DNA of 64,000 nt from Takakia lepidozioides (Eukaryota > Plantae > Bryophyta): positions 3,720,001 through 3,784,000 of the forward strand of contig CM060733.1 in assembly GCA_030704615.1 (NCBI GenBank). The letters run 5' to 3'. The notes below the pieces were generated by a model. That model ran no database searches, was not told where the DNA came from, and was given only the letters and a program-made list of their open reading frames with translations. Within the stretch, counting starts at the first letter, position 1, and each line of letters opens with the position of its first letter. Below are positions 25,081 through 36,627 of the stretch, piece after piece. The position numbers were made by a program, and so were the translations under genes.

Positions 25081-26478
25081 ACACATACGAGCCATGCCCG
25101 CTTCCCATGCTGGTTTGCAGGTTGCCGTGTGAAGACTTTGCATTTCTGACAAACATATGGATTTTGTTTACGGAACCAGGGCAAATGCACATGCAATTCA
25201 TTGTAAGCGTCTATCTGTGAATTGAAATAAACTGTGACAATCATTCTGAGCTCAAATCTGCCATGTTTTCATATTTCTGTTTTTGAGCGGGCATTGCACA
25301 CATGGTGTGTGTTGGCCCCCTTTGTTTTGTCCACGGTAATAGGCCCTCTTCCTGCAATCCTCGCCTATAGGACCTTCTTCTCCAGCAGATTCGTGCCGCT
25401 CACGCTTCCCTGAAGCGTGAGCTCAGCTCACGCTTTGTAGCTTGAACGTGAGCTCAGCTCCCAGGCTCACGGGGCTGGGCTCACGCCGTAGCTACGCTCG
25501 CCTATATCTAGTGACCTCCACTGTTCAGTGGAGGTTCGCATTCGTGCATTCCCGGATTTACGATTATGTCTCTTTGGCAGGTTCAAGGAGATGTTGACAA
25601 CGTCATCGGTTCCTCAAGTCCCCTAAAGGAACCCTCCGGATCAGCTGTGAGTCGGAGTATTGAAGGCTTTCCGAGGGTTCACGATGGTGCTCAAATTGAG
25701 GATGGATCCTCTGTTAGACCCTTGTCCTCCCGGGAAGCGGGCGACACTCTTATCCTCTCGGGTCCTCCTGGGGGTAAAGTCCAAGGTGCAGGTGAAGAAC
25801 ACAAATAGCCCGGAGACTTTATCGACCTTTCCCAACATTCCTCACCCTCCCTGTTCAGTACGCAGGGGCTGGTCTATCCAACCCGTAGGGCAACCGTCGG
25901 GGACTCGGCTACGGCTCCGCTGCACCTGCTTCCGTCTCTTCCTCGCATATCTCCCTAGCACGAGGGTTGGACAGCCCAAATCCGCAGGAGTCAGGTGATT
26001 TAAACTCATTTCTCGCTCCTTGCTCATTCTCCTAGTTTCACTTAGTTTGGGGTCTGATATTCATCTGTCGCTCCAGGTAAGAAAATCTGCAGATTATGAC
26101 CTTCTTGTCAAACGACGTCTGCATTGGAATGCAGTTCCGAGGTAAATTATTCCTTCGTTGCGTTTTCATTCCATCCAGGATGTCGAGTACTCAAGGGACA
26201 ATTTTCTGCTTGCCTGTTGTTGCCCCTCCACTTCTCCCGTCGTTCAGTGACAAAATATCTCCAACCTCGACACAGCGTGACCCTAAACTGCTCGAACAAT
26301 GTTCTGCACCAAAGAGGCGAAAAAAAAAGCCCCCGAGCCATTTCCTTCCTCTGCAGGGAATCATTCCAAAGGACAAAAGGCTGACAAGAAAAACAAAACG
26401 GACTCCAAACACTTGATGACTCCCTCGGATGTTGTGGCGCCTCGTCAATCCAAGCCCGCGGGAATCCACTGTTCTTCT

Positions 26479-27147
26479 TGTCGTGCGCATACATATCGCT
26501 ACACAACTACATCGCTGTCCAAAACCACACAACACATGTGCACACCACACACTAGTATACCACTAGTCCACCACTAGTCCAACCACTAGTCACTAGGTAC
26601 AACTAGTCACTAGGCTGCCACTATGCTGCCCACTATGGCAGTCACTAGTCCACACAATCGATAAAGAAGAAGAAGACAAGCACGAGCTCACAAATCTGAA
26701 GCATAAACTCATGCATATATAACCTCATCACTCAAATACAAGTCAAGCCAAGTGCACCCCACGCCATGGGGAATCCACACTACGGCGCCATAGTTAGGCG
26801 CGGTGAGGCTCAACTCGAGAAAGATGAGCCTCCCGCACTTGCCGTGAAGATAACCACTCCAGGGCCTAAATCTGCCTTGACCCCTAGATTGACACTTGGG
26901 CCAATCCCAAATGTCAATATGTAAAAACTAGCTATTTCCTAGCTAGTTTCACACTAGTGGTAAAATAACTTGACAGCTGTCGTGCGCATACATATCGCTA
27001 CACAACTACATCGCTGTCCAAAACCACACAACACATGTGCACACCACACACTAGTATATCATTAGTCCACCACTAGTCCAACCACTAGGGTAGTCAGTCA
27101 CTAGGCTGCCACTATGCTGCCCACTATGGCAGTCACTAGTCCACACA
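26479..27147 (-). repeat. 3' LTR of element C with an internal ~175-bp direct repeat (26479-26660 and 26978-27151)
   Basis: TG...CA termini (TGTCG at 26479, CACACA ending at 27147). Followed 4 bp later by CCCCCCT, the polypurine tract AGGGGGG on the minus strand. Confidence 0.75.
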
Positions 27148-27351
27148 ATCGCCCCCCTAGTGGTGCTTAGGTCCCTCTAAGTCCAGGTAGCCACAAGATG
27201 TGATAGTGACCATAGCCTCACTAAGTCCTCCACCACTATCCCTACTACACTCAAACTCGATAGATCAAGAGGCCGGGTGCAAGAGTTGCCCCATCGTTAG
27301 TCGCCGTCTTGCAACCTGTGAACTTGAGCTTGGGATCTCATGTATTGACTC

Positions 27352-28946
27352 CTATGAGCTTGGCCTCCCATGTCTTGTTAGCTGCCTCCAGTCATGTCCA
27401 CTGCCACTATCCCAGCAGTGTGGACACAACCAATCTCCGTCAGGAACCTTCTCAAGAGGTGGTGTCAAGCATCCCATATGCCAACCCCTTGAGCATCGAT
27501 GACACACCAACATGGTGGCTGCCCCTTTGGCAGACCCACAGAGCATGCACCTCAAACCTGCAGGTACCACTGCCAAGTTTGGGTCAACTTTGCCATCGAC
27601 ATTGGGAAAGTGACATGGCGCACAATTACGCACATGGTCCTTCCAAGTCATGCCATCCCGACCCTCTAAGATCAGGACCCCTGAGGGCAACACCTCTCGA
27701 ACCCTCAGAATAACACGCCTTGCAGTAACATCCAAAGTCGTAGGAGCAGTCTGCTGCAAATAAACATAGTCACCAAGGCTAAACCTCCGAATCACAGGAC
27801 GATATCCTCCACCACGTATAGTGACATACCTCAACGTATCACGGTGCTGTGCAATGGCAAGGTTCTCAAAAGCCATGGGCATGACTTTCTTGAACAACTC
27901 TGCATGCTGATCACATGCACGTACCCACACGTCCGGATCGTCAAGGTTAAGGACTTGAACAGTGTCCCTACGAATGGCTGCAGGCAAATCCGGCTCTCGG
28001 CCAAAGAGAAGGAAATATGGTGAGAAGGAGGCAAGTGATGCTTGTTTGCTGAACCTGTAGCCCATGGCTAACCAAGGAACTGAAGATCCCAATCTCCTAG
28101 GTGTCCCTTCTGCAAGCCATACTTGCGCAAACCCCTCTTCACCGTTTGAACAACTCTCTCTGCTAAGCCATCGGCCTCAGGATGATCCCGAGAAGTGGTG
28201 CGGTGGTCTAACAAGGCTTTATCACACAAAGCCTGAAACTCCCCCAAGAACTCTCTCCCTTGGTCCGTGAGTACCTCAGCTGGAGCACCAAATCGGCTAA
28301 GCACACGATCCAAGAATGCATACGCAGTCCCTTCACTAGCCTTGTCAGGCAATGGAACCAACTCAATCCACTTGGAGAAGTGCTCCACCATCACCAACAC
28401 ATATTTGTGGTGCGCATAGTCAGTGGCAACGGTCCTGCGAAGTCAAGACTCCACCTGTAGCCCAATCCCATGATTGGTAAAGGATGCAACTGGTGTAGGG
28501 GCGTTGAATGAAGCACGCACCCTGTCACACACCATGCACCTAGCCACGAACTGTTGCACCTCTGTATGCATACCACGCCACCAATACTGCCCCTGCAGTA
28601 AACTGTGAGTGCGTCGCACTCCAAAATGCCCCAACTCCTCATGGGCATGCCGCACTAACCGTGCACGCTGTGTGGGGTGAGGCACAATCCTCACCCGACC
28701 ATTACATCGAAGTAGGTGTATCCCCTCCCACTTGAACCTCTTGGCTCGTTGCAGGATCCGATCCCTCTCCCTGGCAGTCACAATGGCTGCCGTGTCTCCC
28801 GTGCGGAGGTAGTCCAACACAGCCGAATCCTCATGTATATCTCTGGCACCACCTGGCTCATCACTAGCCTCAGGGTCCTCAGACACTCTGTCTACAGTCA
28901 TCCCTGTTGTAGGTCCAACCTGACCTCCCGATGCCAAGATACACAA
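27352..28946 (-). pseudogene. Gypsy integrase with C-terminal PHD finger
   Basis: HEELGHFG...CMVC zinc-binding motif, WSLDFAGP, LTDQGREF, ADGLAER, SPYFLLFGR. PHD finger CMLC...MLVCHRCSRGWHMGCLTPPLEKVPDGDWLCPHC at ~27420-27550. Confidence 0.9.
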
Positions 28947-28949
28947 AAA

Positions 28950-30313
28950 TGCAGATGCGTGCCATCCCGCACCATCTCCTCGTCCGTCTCACCATGCCAC
29001 CGAGCTCCAGTGTCATCCTGCTGGCTCATGCATGGATTGCGACTCAATCCATCCGCATCCCGATTGACCAAAACCTGGTCGATGCACAACCTGAAAGTCA
29101 TACTCCTGGAGTATGAGTGCCCCGTGCAAGCTTCCCCGTAAGCTTGTCTGACTCCATCAACCACTTGAGTGGCTGGTGATCCGTGACAAGGGTGAAAAGA
29201 TTGTCGTATAGATAGCACCTGAAGTGTGTCCACGGCCCACACTGCAGCTAAGCACTCTCCCTCATATGAGCTGTACTTAGCCTCTGCAGCGTTGTTGAGC
29301 GGCTAGCATAAGCCACTACGAACTCTCTTCCCTCATCATCCACTATGTGAGCACCGCTCCAAGCCCCAGCATGCTCCAATCCGTATGCAGCTGAAAGGGA
29401 CGCCCCCTGATAGGTCGTCTCAGGATAGGCGCCGAGGTCAACCTCGCCTTGAGCTCTTGAAAAGCTCGTTCCTGCTCATCTTCCCACTGCCACTCCTGGT
29501 CCACCTTGGTCAGCTTGGTTAGAGCCTTTGCAATGGTACTAAATCCCTTGACAAACCGTCTATAATAGTTTGCCAACCCCATGAAAGCTCGAACTCGGCT
29601 CACATCCGTGGGGCGTGGAATTTGTGCAATGGCCTCTACCTTAGTCTGCTGTACCCCCAATCCTCCAGGATATATCATGTGACCCAGATACTCAATCTGG
29701 TTGTGGAAAAACTTGCACTTCCCCGGATGCAACTTCAATCCGTGCGCTCTCAAGCGCTCCAATACCACCTGAAGGTGTCTCTCATGCTCCTCCATCGTAA
29801 CACTAAAGATTATGTAGCACCGAGCAAAGTCCACCCCTGCTAGAATCCTATCCATGACTCTCTGAAACTCTGCAGGAGCATTCTTAAGCCCAAATGGTAA
29901 GAACCGCCACTGATATAGGCAATCCTTGCCGTGCTCATTGATCCCCCAGAATGCCGTCTTCTGCTTGTCCGCCTCCTTGATTGGCAACTGGTGATATCCG
30001 GATCGTAAATCCAAAGTGCTAAAGGCCTTAGCATGCCCGATGGCATCAAAGATCTCCTCTGGTGTTGGCATGGCATACTTATCGGACTTGGTCTGACGAT
30101 TTACAGGCCGGTAATCACCGCACATACGTCTCTCCGTCCAATTGCCATAGACATCCTTCTGGCTGGCATCACTGTGGCTGAAGCATACTCTCCACCAGAG
30201 AGCTCCACCAAACCTGCCTCCCAGAGATCTTGAGTCCTCATCTGAATCAAAGACCTCTCCATGTCACTGTATCTATAGGGTCTCCGAAAGATTGGCGTGT
30301 CAGGCCAACTCAA
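28950..30313 (-). pseudogene. Gypsy reverse transcriptase and RNase H
   Basis: CGDYRPVN, FSTLDLRSGYHQ, KTAF, LPFGLKNAPAEFQR, IEYLGH, FMGLANYYRRFV, FQLHTDWS and ADGLSR. The YxDD motif is deleted (CYIIFS), so this copy is dead. Confidence 0.92.
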
Positions 30314-30799
30314 TACGGATCTCTTGACCCTTCAGTGCTCCCAAGTCCTTCAAACTGAAGGCAAAGCAATTCCTGTAAGCCCTCAGGAACCGCCGTATAC
30401 GTCGTCTCTCTCCTCCGGTGACAATGGGTCCAATGTCAGGCTCCCAATTGTCCTCCGTAACTGCAACCTTAAGTCCAGTGGGCTTAGAGGTAGAGGACGC
30501 GTCAGTGGTTGCTATGTTGCAACCTCTTGAGCAGTACTCCCTGCCTGCTCAGTCAATGACAAGGCCTCATCCTGCCCATCATCTCATCCTTGAGGACCTC
30601 CTCAACCCGAGAAGAATCCCCAACCTCATCCATCACAGCCGCCTTGGCTGCCAACTCCCTCTGAACCTCGAGCCTCCCACGTGTTGCCATGGATGCATGC
30701 ACCCCGTGGTCCTCACATGCTCGCCCCCACTCACTGCCTGTACCGTCTCGGTAGGCAGAGAGACCATTGAGGGAAGTGTACTTGCACTCTGCGTTGCTC

Positions 30800-31730
30800 A
30801 GCCAGAGCCAAGCTGATAATCCAGGTCAAGCAATTGAGATCCATTGCTTGCCCCAACACTTGACGACGTGATGCCTCAGAAAGAGACGACACCGCCGTGG
30901 TACCAGTGGTAAAACCCATTGCCCGCTCACGCTCGTCAGCATTAGGCTCCACTAAACTGCTGCAACTGAGCATCCCACAGGAGGCCAGGTCCACTATCCC
31001 GGAAAGCATGCGATCCTGGGAAGCAGCAGTGTAGGCAATGCTGCTCGTGGTTGACCCACCTTGTTGACCACTGCCAAAGGCGAACGGTCATCGTGTCTCA
31101 CACGCTGAGACTGCCTCCCTGTGTCCATAATGTTATCCACTGTGAGATGTGCTGGCCGCTGCACCCATCAAATGCACGCTTGAGCAGTGCGGGTGGCATC
31201 AAGTTAGTCCACCATAGCCGTGGACGATGAGCCCGTGACCCCACTGTAGCTGCATCTAGCAACACTGCTAACCCAAGCCACGACCGGACTTGATGCACAC
31301 TGGCCATCACCCTGGCCCGAGAATCGCCCATCAGTGGCACATTCTCCAAGATGTATGCTGGAGATACAGCTTGATGAAGCTGCAAGTGGCGCAAAACCCG
31401 CACCACCTCCCAAAACAGACCCGACCTCGGCTGATGAATGCCCTTGGCAGGGCCAACCTGCCACTACCAGATCAATGGAGCCAACCCGCTCCAAATCCTT
31501 GCCCCCCAGCAACGAAATGTCTGCTGGCAAGGCCTGCTGATATCCATGAATTGCAGACACCGACAACAACTCAAGGTACCGTTGCACCAACTGAGCAACA
31601 TGGCGAAGTGAAACGCGCCGTGCAGTCTCATCCCTCTCCACATATAGGTAACGCCGAACTCGTACACTGCCTGTACACAGCAGCCAATCCGGTGTTGATC
31701 CCGCCAAACAAGTCCAGAAGACAAATGTCT
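30800..31730 (-). pseudogene. C5-cytosine DNA methyltransferase domain embedded in pol
   Basis: Motif I LLDLFGGINTG (31691-31726), II YLYVERD, III ADIS, IV DLVVAGWPCQG (31442-31474), VI YILENVP, VIII RAHRPRLWWTNL, IX ERERAMGF and X RRQVLGQAMD. Confidence 0.9.
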
Positions 31731-32134
31731 TCATCCGGATACTGCCACACAATAGGTGTGGTGTCCAATGGAGACAATTGAGGTGGTCCTGGTGCAATCC
31801 CCGCACTCTCCTCCTCTCCTGATGGTACAAAAGCCTCCACCCAGGCTTGTTGCACCCGTCGATCAGCATCCCGCTGCAAATCCTTGCTCGTGCCCCACAA
31901 TGGAGTCTGAGCAACCATGGTAGGCAACTCCGCCATACCATACATGTCATCCTGCTCTCCCGGAGGTGGGACATCCTCTGAATGAGCGTTGCCCTCAAGC
32001 AACTCTCTAGGCCAACTCACTGCCGCTGTGAATGCTGCTAGTGTCGGCATCTTGCCTCGCTGGGCAACCACAACTCCTCCTATGAACGTCACAGGGAGCT
32101 GCACACGCCGGCCTCCCCTGACTGCCATGCAGGC

Positions 32135-32645
32135 CTATAGAAGCTGACTCCTCCCAAAAATCCAGGGTGAAGCCCATGGGGTACAACACTGCCCCACCAA
32201 CCAGGACATCGTATGAGACGCGTCTGTCACAATGGCCTTGGCTCGCATCACTGAGCCATCTGTAGGGTGATCTGGCCGTAGTCTGATAGCCAACTCATGC
32301 CGTGTCATGCCCGAGCTGCTCCGATCCTCCCAGAGACGTCTGTATCTGGAAAGGACAAGGCTCCATATCCGCCTCTGTGAGGCCCAAGCCTGCAATAGCA
32401 GCTTTGCCCAACATCAGTGGCTGAGCTCCTGAGTCCAACAAGACCCGCAGTGGCCGGTACCTCTTGCCTGCCGATCCACTCAAACAGAAAATGCCATCTT
32501 GGTTGTCTAACATGACAACTCCAGGTGTCACGATGGCGCGCTCAATGGCTGGCCTAGCTGGCAGCTCCATCAACCTGGCAGCTACAGCTTGCCATGGCGC
32601 CGCCGTGGCAGTCTTGACCCTCAAATCCGAGGATCCCTCCGGCAC
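32135..32645 (-). pseudogene. Retropepsin-type aspartic protease
   Basis: RVLLDSGAQPLMLG catalytic motif, upstream of the DNMT and RT domains. Confidence 0.8.
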
Positions 32646-35039
32646 TACACCTCCCAGTATCTCCGCAGAAGATGAAATAACCTCCCCACTCTCACAGAGT
32701 GTAGCTGCCAGCCTGTGTGGCCATATATATTGAAAATGGTTGTAGCTTCAACAGTCGTAGATTACATCAGCGAGAACCCTGCCAAATGTTCTCGGAAGCC
32801 TATTGGTCGTGACCATGCGTATTGGGCTTGGTATGGAAGATATGTTGATCCTCGTGTTTGGATCCCACAACAAAAGGAACCTGATTACCTTGGTATGTAC
32901 TTATCCCACTGTTTGTTGTTTATAGAGAATTTGATCTTGAAAGTGTCTTCCACTTGCACTTTTACTTTATCATTTTTTCTACAAATGTTCTACATTTCAG
33001 CTGACATTTGTCATATGAAAAATTGTTTTGCCCAGTCACATTCAAGGAGCGAATTCGAAAAGAAGAAGAAGAGCTTCGTGATTGGCAAGAATGGCGGGCT
33101 TCCCGGCAGGCTTCAAGTGCATCAAGAGATTCAACAAGTAGAGTTCCAAGTAACATTTCGGATGATAATGTTACTACTAGGTTCGAGTTCTCCGAAAGTA
33201 TTTCCGTTTCATCCGGTGCGGAGACCGTTGCAAGTGGTTGTGGTAACCGGAGGCGTCTTCGAACACATGCCTTGACTGCGAGCCGTTTGGGAGGAGGCTC
33301 TGTAATATTAATGGGTTAGTGTAAGCCGTTGTATTGCTTCGAGCCGCTGGATAATAATTAAGTCCAACGGATGTACAGTTGACGTTACACTTATGTCTGA
33401 CTGCAACGCCAAAGTTGCAATCTCTAATAAAATATGAATGTTTATCATCAATGTATGTGGACACATTCTTTCATATCATCCTCTTCATCACATGCCATGA
33501 TTGTTCTATGTTTGGTTTTGTATGTCATCTAACATGACAACCATTTTTTGCAAAAAAATTTACATATCTGACCTCATATCATGGTGTAATTTATTGCATC
33601 CTCCAATTTTTTTCGGAACGTCAACTTGGGAGTGGATGTTCTTCTAAAACCACAATACATACTTATATTGTCTCCAAAAAATGTTTGGAGGATTATATTG
33701 TGTATAAAATAAACAAAATAATCATATATATCGCTTTATTTCAATAATAAATTTTGTTTATTCATATTTCTCATATTATTTTTGGACCAAACAAAAGTCC
33801 TGAATTAGTTAAAATAGTGTTAAAGGTGCTCGATCTCTATACGTGTGAGAGATTTCTGTTAGTTGATGTGCAAAGATCCTCCTCTCGCGTGATTGCAAGC
33901 TCTTCTTTGCTTCGCCCCTGTCATTTGTCAAGTACCTTATGAGGATAGGAGATTATTCCTCCAGCTAATTTTATGGTGGAGCCGCGCCGGGTGCAATCGT
34001 TGTTCTCTTTCCTTTATCACTTGCAGCTCGCCGACTAATTGTCACTGTGGAGGGTCGTGGGCATGTGCTAGGATGTTCCAAGATCTTGCATGAGGCGTTG
34101 TAGCCACCTGATCTCTTGACTTGCTAGGTGAGTAGCCACATACTCTGATTCAGTGGTGTTGCTGGGCGTGCAAGTCTGCATTCTATTACCCTAAGCAACC
34201 GAACCTCCATTGAGCATGAGGATGAAGCCAGAACGGGACTTTCGGTAATCGATATCTGCTGCGAAGTCGGCGTCAATAGGCTGTCAGCCTGATGATGTGG
34301 TTACTTCCTCCATACGTGATGCATGTGTTAACCGTGCCCTGAAGAATTCAGTATGCACTTCAGGACTGAAACATGCGGTGCATAAGGCTTTACATAAAAC
34401 TTTGATGCATTGCCAACTGCCTATGATATATCTGGGCGTGTGCCCAAAACTATCCACTACGAGCATCCTACACATTCTTTGTACAAGGGAAACTTGTAGG
34501 CTAGTCCACAATCCTTGTCGCTGCTGTCGACATGGAGATCAGCAGCACTGGTGGGGTCGGCAGGAACTACTACGGAGTTGCAGTTCTCATGTTCAAATCA
34601 TTGCAGGATGGTCTGGAAGCGTGGTGGGCCCATAACCTGTTGTAATATGCTAAACTAAGCACAACATGTATTATCAAGTAGAAAGTAAGACAAATGCACA
34701 CGGACTAATTTGTTAGCATAAACACATTCTGTATTCAACAGTAAAGCAATACATAAAGCTCAGTACCAAACAGTGGTACAAGCATACTAAACACATAAGG
34801 TGCTAGCAGCAAACCTTAGTCTCTAACACTCACGCTTATACACACAGGGGGTATACATTTGCACACTATTTTCTTGAGAGTGACGATCCTTGTTCTTGCC
34901 TGCTGGGAGGGAAACGGTAGCCATAGTGATCCATCATGAGCGACCGTTTGAACTCGCTGCCTTCACTCCACAGATGTCAGCATTGTGCTACATGTATAAC
35001 TATACTCTCTACGTCGTATAGAATTACTCTACTACAGTA

Positions 35040-36430
35040 AAATGACGTCAATTCTATTGAAACTTGTTATAGACAACCACGATCCAAAAATCCCACAGTT
35101 GTTTTATACAAATGATAACTCGTAAACATAATATGAAAAGTTTTCGATATAACTCGTATACTTTCAAAACTACAGATATTCCACACGACACATGTCTTTT
35201 ATATTTTTACCTTGTCTGATAATCCAAGTAACTTTGCACGGTTACATAAAGAGATACAACTCAAAATAAATATGCTAGTGGAATTATGTGCAGAAAATTA
35301 TGAAATCCAAGATGGACTCGTTAACGGTGTCGAAGGTGTATTCAAGAATTATACAAAAATCTCATCTACAATATCAATTGTTTGGATAGATTTCATTTTG
35401 CCTCGGATATGTCAATATAGAAGAATGAAACATGACAATTCATATAGTCTTTATCCAAACACTGAGAGGTTGTGGACTTTTATAACAAAATAAGTTGGAG
35501 AAAATCATAATCATCTCATTATACGCATATGATTTTCCATACAATCACCAGCGGCCCGAACAATTCACCGTGCTCAAAGACTAACTTTGGACCATGTAGC
35601 CTTTGATCCTACCGGTGTCACAAAACATGGTTTAACTTATACCACATTATCTAGGGTTCGCACAAAAGAAAATTTGTACTTGTTAAATCGTTTGGCATTA
35701 AAGAATTTTCAAGTTGACAAGTCGGTACTTGATGAGATGAAAAGGTTACCGATGTCGGCTAAATACGAATTAACCATATATATCCTCAAACACCTTAGAA
35801 GATCATATCTTATTGTGCAATCATTAAATACTCGATTCCTTCAACAACATCATGCTGATATAACAAAAGATAATAACCTTGAAGCATTAGATCATATACT
35901 ATGCCTGACTCAACGAAGCCCGCATAAACAATTCAAAAAATTCAACAAATTGGTCACATGTGATAAATACTGATAAATTTAATGTTTTATCTTGTTACAA
36001 TAATCATGGCACAATGATAATGTATGATAAAAATATGACTTGGTCACAACATGAAATACACACATAATGGTGCTAATTTCTTGCAGCTTTACTCAACTTC
36101 AATGCACAAAAAGTGCTACATGTCATAGCAATTTATAAACCTCCAACAATGCACTTGAAAAGATTTCTTTCACATTTTGAATATGTTCTAAATCAAAGTT
36201 CATCAATCTTGTCCCATGATTTTTATTGGGGGTTTCAATGTAGATATGTTGCAACTATCCCCCCAATCCAAGAAACATCATAATCTTGAACTTAGTTTTT
36301 CTAATAGTACAACATATTATGATTCTCAATTAAACCACATATATACCAATGCAATTGTTAATGGTTGTCAATCGTGATGCACATAAGCATATTGGACAGA
36401 CCATAAACACATATACATTGCATTTAAATT
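35040..36430 (+). mobile_element. Helitron remnant: PIF1 helicase C-terminus followed by an AP-endonuclease-like (EEP) domain; heavily decayed
   Basis: LKINMLVELC..NY..QDGLVNG, AARTIHRAQ.LTLD, GLTYTTLSRVRT; then QSLNTR, ILCLT, IAIYKPP, GFNVDML, HIYTN and YWTDHK in broken frames. Confidence 0.8.
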
Positions 36431-36627
36431 ACTCGATCATCTTCCTATTTACCATTTTCTTGACACAAATTCAACGGTTCTATTAACATGATTTATCTTT
36501 GCTGATCGTGCCATTAAAGAAATTAAGTTTATATAAATATTATGGCATGGCCCTCATGTAACTTACACTTTATTGTTTTAAAGAGCTTTTCTGGAATGAC
36601 CTTCACGAAGGTAGTCTCACATTCAAT

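Larger units (their letters stand above)
14106..25499. mobile_element. Element B: 11.4-kb Mutator-like element (MULE) with both ends present, nested in element A
   Basis: 9-bp target-site duplication GCCTATATC at 14097-14105 and 25500-25508. Ungapped imperfect TIRs: left GGGGGGTGCTATTCCGTGAGCCCGGAGGTGTGAGCCTG versus reverse complement of the right end GAGCGTAGCTACGGCGTGAGCCCAGCCCCGTGAGCCTG. Subterminal GTGAGC/GCTCAC repeats at 14121-14180 and 25398-25485. MULE transposase inside. Confidence 0.9.
490..25536. repeat. Dispersed 24-bp palindrome AACCTCCACTG-NN-CAGTGGAGGTT (12 copies) specific to element A
   Basis: Copies start at 490, 2586, 4018, 4234, 4354, 6434, 7349, 8466, 10612, 11728, 12110 and 25513. 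Arms are perfect at 7349, 8466 and 10612; the 2-bp spacer varies (GA, TA, TC, CC, GG, TT). None seen inside element B. Confidence 0.92.
1..26478. mobile_element. Element A: large Sola1-like DDE DNA transposon carrying cargo genes; interrupted by element B and abutted by element C; ends not resolved
   Basis: Transposase on the minus strand (593-3717) and a divergent cargo region (6530-13800). The same 24-bp palindrome occurs from 490 to 12133 and again at 25513, immediately after element B, so A continues across the insertion. No TIR pair found; the left end is probably outside the window. Sequence at 32716-33320 may also belong to A. Confidence 0.6.
26479..32714 (-). mobile_element. Element C: Ty3/Gypsy LTR retrotransposon, 5'-truncated (gag and 5' LTR missing); domain order PR-DNMT-RT-RH-INT-PHD
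   Basis: Domains in Gypsy order on the minus strand, a 3' LTR and a polypurine tract at 27152-27158. Composition changes abruptly near 32715. Confidence 0.9.

Noticed and set aside
33740-33790. Possible right TIR of element A (TATTTCTCATA matches the reverse complement of bases 10-20)
   Set aside because: Only 11 bp match in AT-rich DNA and the similarity does not extend; it cannot be tested without sequence left of the window.
34202-34224. Extra copy of the 24-bp palindrome (AACCTCCATTGAGCATGAGGAT)
   Set aside because: The right arm is too degenerate to count.
34638-34828. Solo LTR (TGTTG...TAACA)
   Set aside because: No target-site duplication, no second copy and no convincing PBS or PPT.
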